From: Rhodospirillaceae bacterium
GTDB taxonomy: Bacteria; Pseudomonadota; Alphaproteobacteria; Rhodospirillales; UBA2165
Assembly (NCBI GenBank): GCA_947467145.1
Contig: CANIGJ010000003.1
Coordinates: 143,065 to 207,064, forward strand
DNA: 64,000 bases
Direction: 5' to 3'
The notes beneath the pieces are model-generated. The model was not told the origin of the DNA. It saw only the letters and a list, made by a program, of their open reading frames with translations, and did not search any database. Below, piece by piece: positions 10,071 through 18,089 of the stretch (position 1 is its first letter; each line of letters begins with the position of its first letter). A program made the translations under genes and the position numbers.

Positions 10071-10549
10071 CCATCGCACGATCTGAAGTCGAAGACTTCC
10101 TGTACGCGGAAGCAGCGCTGCTCGACGAATGGCGCTTGGACGATTGGCTCGGCCTGCTGACGCCGGACTGCGTCTATCGCGTGCCGCCGAATGACAAGCC
10201 CGATGGGGCCGCTGCCAACACGCTCTACATCATCTCGGACGATATGGAGCGCATCAAGGCGCGCATCGTGCGTCTCAAAAGCCGCAACGCGCATGCCGAA
10301 TATCCGCATTCGCGCACGCGCCGTCTGATCACCAATGTTCGCATCGTCGCATCGGACGAGGTGAGCGCGACGGTCGCCGCGAATTTCGTGATCTATCGGT
10401 TCCGGCGCGAAGAAAAAATTCGCGAATATGTCGGCACGTATCACTTCAAGCTGGCGCGCGTCGGCAAGGATCTGAAGCTTGCCGAACGTATCGTCAAACT
10501 GGATGCGATGGAACTCGCCAGCCTCGGCAGTGTGAGCTTCATCCTTTAA
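10067..10549 (+). CDS. Aromatic ring-hydroxylating dioxygenase, beta subunit (NTF2/SnoaL-like fold)
   Basis: ORF 9893..10549 trimmed to the ATG at 10067, which overlaps the alpha-subunit stop (ATGA). MTIARSEVEDFLYAEAALLDEWRLDDWLGLLTPDCVY is the typical beta-subunit N-terminus. Confidence 0.8.
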   Translation: MTIARSEVEDFLYAEAALLDEWRLDDWLGLLTPDCVYRVPPNDKPDGAAANTLYIISDDMERIKARIVRLKSRNAHAEYPHSRTRRLITNVRIVASDEVSATVAANFVIYRFRREEKIREYVGTYHFKLARVGKDLKLAERIVKLDAMELASLGSVSFIL

Positions 10550-10578
10550 ATCAAAAAAATCATCGACAGGAGCGGCGC

Positions 10579-11994
10579 ATGGACGGCGAGAACGTAGACC
10601 TCATCTGTATCGGGGCGGGGTTCGCCGGGCTCACCGCCGCGCTGCGCGCCCGCCAGCTCGGCCTGTCGGTCATTGTGCTCGAACGCCAGTCCGAGCCGAA
10701 GCAATACAACAATTCGCGCATCACGACCGGCGTCTTCCATGTCGCGTCCAACGACGTGCGCTTAGGGCCTGAAAAACTGATCGAAGCGATCAATATCGAA
10801 ACGCAGAACTACGCCAAGCCCGATCTGGTGCGTGCGATTGCCGAGAACGCCGCGCGCGTTGTCGATTGGCTCAAGGAACAAGGCGTCAGTATCGAACACG
10901 AAACCAGCATGGCCTATGTCGCCGGGCGCGCGCATCTTGTGCTGACGCCGGCACGCGCCATGCGTGCCGGGCTCGATTGGCACGGCAAGGGCGGGGATCG
11001 CACGCTCGGCGTGCTCGAGGACAAGCTGATCGATCTCGGCGGGCGTATCTTGCGCGGCGTCGAGGTCGCGAAACTGGTGATGGCCGAAGGCGTGTGCGTC
11101 GGGCTCGATGCGCGTCATGACGGACATATGCTGCGCTTCGGCGCCAAAGCCGTAGTGGTGGCCGACGGCGGCTTCCAGGCCAACCTCGCCATGCTGAAAG
11201 ATACGGTGACGCCGCAACCCGACCGCATCAAGGTGCGCGCCACGCCATCGGGGACGGGCGACGGTATCCGCATGGCGCGCGATGTCGGTGCGCGCATCAC
11301 CGAGGTCGGCGCGTTCTACGGCCATATCCAGGCGCGCGAGGCGATGCACGACGATCGCCTGTGGCCTTATCCCAATATCGATATCGCGGCGACCGGCTCG
11401 ATCGTGGTCGATGGGTCGGGCAACCGCTTCGTCGACGAAGGGCGCGGCGCGGTGTTCATCACCAATGCGATCGCCAAGCTCGCCGATCCGCTGTCCGCCT
11501 CGGTCGTGCTCAGTCGCAAGATCTGGGACGAGGTGGCGACGCAAGGCGTCTCGCCGCCCAATCCCGAACTGACCAAGAACGGCGGCGTATTGATCGAGGG
11601 CGCCGACCTCGCCACCATCGCGCGCACCATCGATGTGCCAGGTGCGGCACTCGCTGCGACCATCGCCAATTACAACGCGGCGGTAAAAAGCCGCGCCATC
11701 GATCGGCTCACGCCGATCCGCACGGAGAAGAAAGCCAAGGCGCATGTCATCGAAGCACCTTACTGCGCGATCAAGGTCTGTGCCGGCGTGACCAACACGA
11801 TGGGCGGCATCGATATCGATGCCGATGCCCATGTCCTGGCGGACGACGGCAAGCCGATCCCCGGCCTCTACGCGGCGGGTTCGACCACCGGCGGGCTCGA
11901 GGGCGGGCCGAATGTCGGTTATGTCGGCGGTATCGTGAAGGCCTTCGTATTGGGCCTATGTGCCGGCGAGGCCGCCGCGCGCGATAGCAGATAA
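10579..11994 (+). CDS. FAD-binding flavoprotein of the fumarate reductase/succinate dehydrogenase/KstD-like superfamily
   Basis: N-terminal dinucleotide motif DLICIGAGFAGLTAAL..VLER and a C-terminal GLYAAGSTTGG FAD-contact motif. 471 aa. Confidence 0.75.
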   Translation: MDGENVDLICIGAGFAGLTAALRARQLGLSVIVLERQSEPKQYNNSRITTGVFHVASNDVRLGPEKLIEAINIETQNYAKPDLVRAIAENAARVVDWLKEQGVSIEHETSMAYVAGRAHLVLTPARAMRAGLDWHGKGGDRTLGVLEDKLIDLGGRILRGVEVAKLVMAEGVCVGLDARHDGHMLRFGAKAVVVADGGFQANLAMLKDTVTPQPDRIKVRATPSGTGDGIRMARDVGARITEVGAFYGHIQAREAMHDDRLWPYPNIDIAATGSIVVDGSGNRFVDEGRGAVFITNAIAKLADPLSASVVLSRKIWDEVATQGVSPPNPELTKNGGVLIEGADLATIARTIDVPGAALAATIANYNAAVKSRAIDRLTPIRTEKKAKAHVIEAPYCAIKVCAGVTNTMGGIDIDADAHVLADDGKPIPGLYAAGSTTGGLEGGPNVGYVGGIVKAFVLGLCAGEAAARDSR

Positions 11995-12131
11995 GCGAGG
12001 CGGGCGACGAATTCGGAAAAGATCGAAACATATCTCCTCGACGGAGCCCCAGCCAATGCTGCTACTGGGTCGATGCCAGGGCAGACAGAAGGTGCTGGAC
12101 CGATCGGACCAAATTCTTCGGGGAGAATGAT

Positions 12132-12488
12132 GTGAGGAAACTTGCTCTTCTAGCCGTTCTTTTGTTGGCGGGCTGTCAGACGGCAGGCGGCGCCATGCGC
12201 GACCAAGTTGGCAATACATATCCAGAGGCTTGCCGAGGCGAATTGATCTGCACGCCGACTGGCTTCAACGGGGATGAGGACTGTGCGCTCGCGGGCAAAA
12301 AAATACAGGTTCAAACCGTAGAGAGTCGCTTTTTGACCAAAGGTTATTTGGCCGAATTTACCCCGGGCGGCATTGCGATGATTTCTTCTGGTCTTTCGGG
12401 TTGGAAAAGGAGCGACGCAATACGCCATGAGGCCTGCCATGCAGTCGCAGGTGAGTGGCATCCTAATTCAAGGGTCGAACTGAAATGA
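12132..12488 (+). CDS. Small lipoprotein with HExxH (metzincin-like HEACHAVAGEWH) motif
   Basis: GTG start after GGGGAGA. Lipobox LLLAGC (MRKLALLAVLLLAGCQ). The C-terminal RHEACHAVAGEWH contains HExxH plus a downstream G..H. The gene sits in a lower-GC segment. Confidence 0.5.
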   Translation: MRKLALLAVLLLAGCQTAGGAMRDQVGNTYPEACRGELICTPTGFNGDEDCALAGKKIQVQTVESRFLTKGYLAEFTPGGIAMISSGLSGWKRSDAIRHEACHAVAGEWHPNSRVELK

Positions 12489-12764
12489 GACAAGACTCCA
12501 TCTTCGACAGCATCAAGAACGTCGCGCTTGACGAGCCGGGCAGAGCCGATCACGAGGTCAAAGAGGTTTGAGCCCGAAATACATCATGCTTCGTAAATTG
12601 AATTAAATAGGCGCGCACGAGCGAAGCGGTGGCGCGCGGCGTCAATGGCAACCGGCGCATTTTGATCGCCCTCGCTCGCGCCGATGCGTTGAGAATGTCA
12701 TCGTTCGATGCCACAATGTGCGCCGATCGCGGCGTCCCGGGCGTATTCGGGCAGGAGAGGACAA

Positions 12765-14018
12765 ATGAATAAAAGCAACGATGTACCGGCCCTGGTATTC
12801 AGCCATTTCGGGGTGTTCTGCCACGATGTGGCGGCGCTTGAGGATTTCTATACCCGGGTCATGGGCTTCGCGGTCAGCGATTGCGGCCATGTCCATGCCG
12901 GCCCGGTCGAATTCGACATGTCCTTCATGACGCGGCGCCCGTGGGAGCATCATCAGCTCGTCATCGCCGGCGGCCGACCGCAGGCTCTGCCCTCCACCGT
13001 CAACCAGATTGGCTTCCTGGCGCCGAGCCTCGCCGAATTGCGCCGTATCAAGGCGCGCCTGGAAAAAGAACCGGGCGTCACTGGTATCGAAGCGGCCGAT
13101 CACGGCATCTCCTGGACGCTGTATTTCGTCGATCCGCAGGGCAATCGCATCTCGGCGTCGGTGAACACCGGCTGGTATGTGCCGCAGCCGGCCTATTGGC
13201 CGCTCGATCTTGCCTGGACGGATTCTGAAATCGTCCGCCAGACCGAGGCGCAGTGCCGTGCCACCCCGGGCTTCATGAACCGCGATGCGTGGCGCGACGA
13301 GACGCACAAGGTGCTGGCGTCGATGAACCGTCTCGCCAGCCAAGCGACGCCGAGTGTCGATGCCAAGATCACCTCGACCGAAAGCGTGTTCCGCCGCCCG
13401 GTCGGTACGACCGCGCCGGCCGATGCGTTCCCGCGCCTCGCCATGCATCAGGTCGGCATCTATGTCGCCGACATGGACAAGCTGCAGGCGTTTTATGAAA
13501 AGACCTTGGGCTATCTCGTGACCGGCAAGGGCCGCCTGCCCGCCGTCGGCTCGCAACCGGCCGCCGACGTCGTGTATCTGACGCGCGATCCCAATCAGGT
13601 GGCGCAACTGATCTTGGTATCAGGGCGCGACGCCAAGGTGAAATCAAGCGTCAACCAGATCACTTTCCGCGTGCCCGATATCGCGACCTTGCGCGGCATC
13701 AATGAAGCGCTGCGCACGATCCCGGGCTGCGCCAATTTCCGCCCGATCAATCACGGCAATTCCTACTCGCTCTATTGCGACGATCCGGAAGGCAACGCGC
13801 TCGAGATTTCGTTCGAATCGGAATATTACATTCCGGCGCCGATCGCCTGGCCGCTCGATTTCGGCATGGACGATGCAACCTTGCTCAAGCATGTGTCGGA
13901 TCGTGTCCATGCAACGCCGGGCTTCATGCCGCGTGCCGAATGGAAGGCGCGCTCGCGCGCCGAACTTGTCGCTTCGGGCCGTATCGAGGCCGAAGACCTC
14001 GTCGAGCATCTGTATTAG
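12765..14018 (+). CDS. Internally duplicated VOC (glyoxalase/extradiol dioxygenase) family protein
   Basis: ORF 12708..14018 trimmed to the ATG at 12765, which follows GGAGAGGA. Two homologous halves each have a VOC-like module plus a conserved tail (Y[VI]P.P..WPLD....ATPGFM.R..W). Confidence 0.7.
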   Translation: MNKSNDVPALVFSHFGVFCHDVAALEDFYTRVMGFAVSDCGHVHAGPVEFDMSFMTRRPWEHHQLVIAGGRPQALPSTVNQIGFLAPSLAELRRIKARLEKEPGVTGIEAADHGISWTLYFVDPQGNRISASVNTGWYVPQPAYWPLDLAWTDSEIVRQTEAQCRATPGFMNRDAWRDETHKVLASMNRLASQATPSVDAKITSTESVFRRPVGTTAPADAFPRLAMHQVGIYVADMDKLQAFYEKTLGYLVTGKGRLPAVGSQPAADVVYLTRDPNQVAQLILVSGRDAKVKSSVNQITFRVPDIATLRGINEALRTIPGCANFRPINHGNSYSLYCDDPEGNALEISFESEYYIPAPIAWPLDFGMDDATLLKHVSDRVHATPGFMPRAEWKARSRAELVASGRIEAEDLVEHLY

Positions 14019-14021
14019 AAG

Positions 14022-14894
14022 ATGAGGATCGTCCGATACGCTCTCGGCAGTGAAGCACGACTTGGGTTGCTGCTGTCCGACGACCGAGTCGCCGAATTGC
14101 CAGGCAACGACGATCTCGTCGCCTGGCTGCAGGCCGGCAAGCCGACGCAAAGCGCGTTTGCGCGCCCGCTGGCCGATTGCAAGTTGCTGGCTCCGGTGGC
14201 GCGGCCCAGCAAAATCATTGCGGTCGGGCGCAACTACCGTTCCCACAATCGCGAAATGTCGGCCGGCGATGGGCGTTTCCCCAATGTCGTGCCATCGGCC
14301 TGGATCAAGGCGACATCGACTCTTGCGGGTGCCTTCGACGACGTTGTGAAACCGCGCGCGACCCAGAAACTGGATTACGAAACCGAGCTGGCCGTGGTCA
14401 TCGGCAAGCGCTGCCGTCATGTGCACGAAGACGACGCTGTTTCGGTAATCGCGGGCTATACCGTCGCGTCAGACATCACGGCGCGCGATGTCGTCGCCAT
14501 CGAACGGGCCGAGGGCAACCAGCTCCTGGGCAAGATGTTCGATACCTTCTGCCCGATGGGGCCCTGGTTCGTCACCGCCGACGAAGTTCCCGATCCCATG
14601 AACTTGTCCTTGATCACACGCGTCAACGGCGAAGTGCGTCAGGAGTCGAACACCGCCAACATGATCTGGCCGATTGCCAAACTGATCGCGTACGTCTCGC
14701 AGATGACCTTGGAAGCGGGCGATATCATCCTGACCGGCACGCCATCGGGCGTCGCCATGGGACGAAAGGCCGGCGACTGGTTCTTGCAGGCGGGCGACGT
14801 GTTGGAATCCGAACTCGGCGGTATCGGCGTCATGCGCAACCGCATCGTTGACGCTGCGGATCAGCCCACCAGTTGGGACTGGGCGAAGGCCTAA
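14022..14894 (+). CDS. Fumarylacetoacetate hydrolase (FAH) family protein
   Basis: 290 aa. KIIAVGRNYRSH, ELAVVIGK, ARD..., MIWPIAKLIAYVSQMTLEAGDIILTGTPSGV are the FAH-family C-terminal domain blocks. It starts 3 nt after the VOC gene. Confidence 0.85.
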   Translation: MRIVRYALGSEARLGLLLSDDRVAELPGNDDLVAWLQAGKPTQSAFARPLADCKLLAPVARPSKIIAVGRNYRSHNREMSAGDGRFPNVVPSAWIKATSTLAGAFDDVVKPRATQKLDYETELAVVIGKRCRHVHEDDAVSVIAGYTVASDITARDVVAIERAEGNQLLGKMFDTFCPMGPWFVTADEVPDPMNLSLITRVNGEVRQESNTANMIWPIAKLIAYVSQMTLEAGDIILTGTPSGVAMGRKAGDWFLQAGDVLESELGGIGVMRNRIVDAADQPTSWDWAKA

Positions 14895-15535
14895 GCGGCC
14901 GCCAGTTTCCGGCTCGAAAGTGCGCTGACCGCAATCACCAGTCCGATCGCCACCGCGTGGATGGCCAGATCGATCACGGTCACGTCGAACGGGTGGAAGA
15001 ATTGCAGCAGGAATGCGGCAATCCCGGCGACACCGAGACCGCCCATGGCGGCGACCGAGGCCGGGGCGAGCGGCTTCGCGTGCAGTAGCATCCACGACAA
15101 GACGAGACCGAGTGGGATGCTCGTGCCCAGCAGGATCAGGAAACATTCCGTGCTTTCGGCGAGATCGGTCGGCGTGCCCGCGATCCAGCCTTGCAGGCAA
15201 CCGAGCCCGGTGGTGGCCAACCATGTGGCCAGCGCGGGCAGGGGCAGCAGCGCCCAGGCGCGACTGCGATCGGGCAGGCTCATTTCGAACGCGGCCACGA
15301 CCGCCAGCAGGCCGGTCGCGAGCGTGGCGGTCAACTCGACCATCTGACGCACATCGTGCGCGCGGCCGATGAAGGCGGACGTATCGGCAAACGCGGCAAT
15401 TATGCCGCCGGACCCGATCGCCACGCAGCCCAGCCAGGCCGCCGCGCGCATCAGGGGATGGCGCAGGCGATGGACGGGCCCGGCATCGGCGCTCAGCCGC
15501 GCGATCAATTGATCGGTCGTATCACTCATCGTCAC
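14891..15535 (-). CDS. nrsF: NrsF family (DUF1109) membrane anti-sigma factor for sigma F
   Basis: 214 aa. The N-terminus DQLIARLSADAGPVHRL is followed by about 6 TM segments, with conserved Cys in GLGCLQGW and STECFLIL. The start overlaps the stop of the ECF sigma gene by 14 nt. Confidence 0.8.
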   Translation of the reverse strand: MTMSDTTDQLIARLSADAGPVHRLRHPLMRAAAWLGCVAIGSGGIIAAFADTSAFIGRAHDVRQMVELTATLATGLLAVVAAFEMSLPDRSRAWALLPLPALATWLATTGLGCLQGWIAGTPTDLAESTECFLILLGTSIPLGLVLSWMLLHAKPLAPASVAAMGGLGVAGIAAFLLQFFHPFDVTVIDLAIHAVAIGLVIAVSALSSRKLAAA

Positions 15536-16100
15536 CCCGACTTCCTTTCAGGCGCGCCCGCAGTGTTTTTATGGCGCGATGCACATTGACCTTGAGGGCC
15601 GCGATGGACTTGCCGCTGACCTGCGATGCTTCGCGCAGCGACAGGTCCCGCACCTTCAAAAGCTCAATGGCCTCGCGTTGTCCTTCGGGCAGGGCGGCAA
15701 TCGCGGCGCCTAGTCCGGAGGCTTGCACGGTCAGCTCCGTGTCCTTGTTCGCTCCAGGATCGGCAAAGGTTTCATAGGCGACGTCGTCCGCGGTCTCGAC
15801 CGCGGCAATCCGCCCGCGCCGCCGGATCGCATCGATCGACCGCCGCCGCGCGATGGTAGCCAACCAGGCATCGAACGGGCGGGCCGGATCGTAGGTATGC
15901 CGGACGCGATGCACCGTCAGCAGGACGTCCTGCACGACATCTTCGATGCGATCTCGGCGATGCTGGCGCGCGACCACGGTGCGGATGAAGGGCACGGCTG
16001 CGCGCAACAGCTGCTCATAGGCCGCGCGGTCGCCGTCCTGGGCGGCCTGCATCAGCCGCGACCAGTTTTCGCGATTTGTGTTGTCGCCCTGTGTAACCAT
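15522..16100 (-). CDS. sigF: ECF RNA polymerase sigma factor (SigF-type)
   Basis: ORF 15522..16295 trimmed to the ATG at 16100 (MVTQGDNTNRENWSRLMQAAQDGDRAAYEQLL..). It has region 2 (DVVQDVLLTVHR..FDAWLATIARRRSIDAIRRR) and region 4 (LPEGQREAIELLKVRDLSLREASQVSGKSIAALKVNVHRA). It is co-transcribed with nrsF. Confidence 0.85.
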   Translation of the reverse strand: MVTQGDNTNRENWSRLMQAAQDGDRAAYEQLLRAAVPFIRTVVARQHRRDRIEDVVQDVLLTVHRVRHTYDPARPFDAWLATIARRRSIDAIRRRGRIAAVETADDVAYETFADPGANKDTELTVQASGLGAAIAALPEGQREAIELLKVRDLSLREASQVSGKSIAALKVNVHRAIKTLRARLKGSRGDDE

Positions 16101-16117
16101 TCCCGAAACCACGCGAA
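16091..16117 (+). promoter_or_regulatory. Candidate ECF (sigma F-type) promoter upstream of the bufferin precursor gene
   Basis: TGTAACC (16091-16098) followed 15 nt later by CGAA (16114-16117), about 63 nt upstream of the bufA ATG. From memory, the Caulobacter sigma F promoter is GTAACC..CGAA-like. The consensus and spacing need checking. Confidence 0.4.
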
Positions 16118-16179
16118 CAAACAGATACGGGCGGCCATTCGGACGCCCGCGCAATGTCAGCATAACTGGAGAGACACAG

Positions 16180-16464
16180 ATGCAAAAGGTTTCCACCAAA
16201 GGCGCTCTGCTCGCCGCGTCCGCTTTCGCGACTTTCGCTGTGATGGCCGCCGTTTCGCCGTCCAAGGCCGGCCCCGCGCCGGAGCCGACCTTCAAGGCCG
16301 AGAAGTGCTATGGCGTCGCCGCCTCGGGCCAAAACGATTGCGCGTCGGCGGGCAGCAATTCCTGCGCCGGGACCGCGACCAAGGCGAGCGACCCGAAGGC
16401 CTGGATCTATGTGCCGGCCGGGACGTGCACCAAGATTCAGGGCGCCACTCTGAAGGCGATGTAA
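16180..16464 (+). CDS. bufA: DUF2282 / BufA1-type bufferin precursor peptide (Sec signal peptide + Cys-containing core)
   Basis: ORF 16078..16464 trimmed to the ATG at 16180, which follows TGGAGAGA. MQKVSTKGALLAASAFATFAVMAAVSPSKA is a signal peptide. The core EKCYGVAASGQNDCASAGSNSCAGTATKASDPKAWIYVPAGTCTKIQG has the four Cys in the DUF2282 pattern. Confidence 0.85.
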   Translation: MQKVSTKGALLAASAFATFAVMAAVSPSKAGPAPEPTFKAEKCYGVAASGQNDCASAGSNSCAGTATKASDPKAWIYVPAGTCTKIQGATLKAM

Positions 16465-16485
16465 TCGGATCGGTGCGGGGCGGTC

Positions 16486-17328
16486 ATGTTGGACACTTCG
16501 GCGGTACATGCTGGCGCTCTGGTCGGAATCGGCCTGCGCGGACCGCATCTGGTCGAATTGCCGCGACGCCGCCCCGCGCTCGATTTCGTCGAAGTCCATG
16601 CCGAGAACTATATGGATTTCGGGCCGGCGTTCGATCGACTGATGGACGTGCGGCGCGACTACCCCGTCAGTCTGCATGGTGTCGGACTATCGCTGGGCAG
16701 CGCCGATGGGCTCGATGCGCGACATCTCGCGCGCTTCCGCGATCTGATCGCGCGTATCGATCCGATTCTTGTCTCCGAACATCTCGCCTGGTGCATCGCG
16801 GGCGGCGTCTATCTGAATGATTTGCTGCCGCTTCCCTATACCGAAGAAGCGCTTGACCTCGTCGCGCGCAATGTTGCGCGGGCACAGGAGGCGCTCGGCC
16901 GTCGTTTGCTGGTCGAAAATCCGTCGCGTTATCTCAACTTCGCCCATTCGCCGATTCCCGAAGCGGAGTTCTTAGGCGCACTGGTGGTGCGCACCGGCTG
17001 CGCTATTCTCTGCGACATCAATAATATCGTCGTGAGCGCGCATAATGTCGGCGAAGACGCGAGCGCTTATCTTGAGAAACTGCCACGCGCAGCGGTGCAG
17101 GAAATTCACCTGGCGGGACATAGCGTTCAGTCGATCGATGGGCGAACCATCCTGATCGACGATCACGGATCGCCGGTCAGTGATGAGGTCTGGCGGTTAT
17201 ACGCGCGCGCCCGGCAGACATTCGGCGCCGTGCCGAGCTTGATCGAACGCGATCGCAATCTGCCGCCGCTCGATGAATTGTTGGCCGAAGCCGATCGCGC
17301 AAGAGTTGATCATGCTCTCGCTGCTTGA
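16486..17328 (+). CDS. bufB: DUF692 / MNIO (multinuclear non-heme iron oxidative) enzyme, BufB-type
   Basis: 280 aa with a TIM-barrel DUF692 pattern: GIGLRGPH...DFVEVHAENYM...LHGVGLSLGS...VSEHLAW...LVENPSRYL...DINNI.VSAHN...EIHLAGH...LIDDHG. It starts 21 nt after bufA. Confidence 0.88.
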   Translation: MLDTSAVHAGALVGIGLRGPHLVELPRRRPALDFVEVHAENYMDFGPAFDRLMDVRRDYPVSLHGVGLSLGSADGLDARHLARFRDLIARIDPILVSEHLAWCIAGGVYLNDLLPLPYTEEALDLVARNVARAQEALGRRLLVENPSRYLNFAHSPIPEAEFLGALVVRTGCAILCDINNIVVSAHNVGEDASAYLEKLPRAAVQEIHLAGHSVQSIDGRTILIDDHGSPVSDEVWRLYARARQTFGAVPSLIERDRNLPPLDELLAEADRARVDHALAA

Positions 17329-18082
17329 AATCCAAACGGCATTCGCCGGCGCCTTGTTATATGACGGCGCCGCCGATCTTGGGGACTGGCTGCGCGACGA
17401 CGGCATTGCCGCCACTGCGCGGATCGACATCTATCGCAACAATATGCAGGCCTCGCTGAGCGCGGCACTCGGCGAGATGTTCCCGGTCATCCGCCGTCTC
17501 GTCGGCGATGGCTTCTTTGCCTACGCGACCCATGAATTCGTCAGCCAGCATCCGCCGGTTTCGCCCTGCGTGGCCGATTACGGCGCGGGCTTCGCCGACT
17601 TCCTGTCTGCCTTTGCACCATGCTGTGAATTGCCCTATCTGCCTGATGTCGCGCGCTTCGAACGATTGCTGCACGACGCCGCGCGCTGTGCCGATGCGCC
17701 TCCACTCGATGCGTCGGCGCTCGCTGGGATCGACGCATCGGATGCTGGGCGTCTGGTTTTCACGCTCCAGCCGTCGCACGGCTATCTCTGTTCGCCGTGG
17801 CCGGTGACGGCGATCTGGCGCGTCAATCAGGATGGCCGCGATGGCGCGGTCGATCTGCAGGGTGGCGGCGTCCTGGTCGAGGTCTGCCGCCCCGACGGCA
17901 TTGTCGAGTTCCGTGAATTGCCTCCAGCGGATTTTGCCTTTCGCGCCGCGTTGGCCGGTGCCGCAACATTTGCCGATGCGCTGGTGGCCGCGTCCGATCG
18001 CGACGCCGCGTTCGATGTCGCCGCCGCCTTGGCCGAATTGTTGGCCGATCGCGCCATCACTGGCGTTCGGCTTATGGAGTGA
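17312..18082 (+). CDS. bufC: DUF2063 domain protein, BufC-type MNIO partner
   Basis: ORF 17273..18082 trimmed to the ATG at 17312 (MLSLLEIQTAFAGALL...IDIYRNNMQASLSAALGEMFPVIRRLVGDGFFAYATHEFVSQHPP). This is the conserved DUF2063 N-terminal region. It overlaps bufB by 17 nt. Confidence 0.8.
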   Translation: MLSLLEIQTAFAGALLYDGAADLGDWLRDDGIAATARIDIYRNNMQASLSAALGEMFPVIRRLVGDGFFAYATHEFVSQHPPVSPCVADYGAGFADFLSAFAPCCELPYLPDVARFERLLHDAARCADAPPLDASALAGIDASDAGRLVFTLQPSHGYLCSPWPVTAIWRVNQDGRDGAVDLQGGGVLVEVCRPDGIVEFRELPPADFAFRAALAGAATFADALVAASDRDAAFDVAAALAELLADRAITGVRLME

Positions 18083-18089
18083 AAGACCG

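Noticed and set aside
12485-12571. A 28-aa ORF (MRQDSIFDSIKNVALDEPGRADHEVKEV) overlapping the stop of the HExxH lipoprotein gene.
   Set aside because: It is too short and featureless to support as a gene without conservation or expression data. It is mentioned only in the finding on the lower-GC insert.
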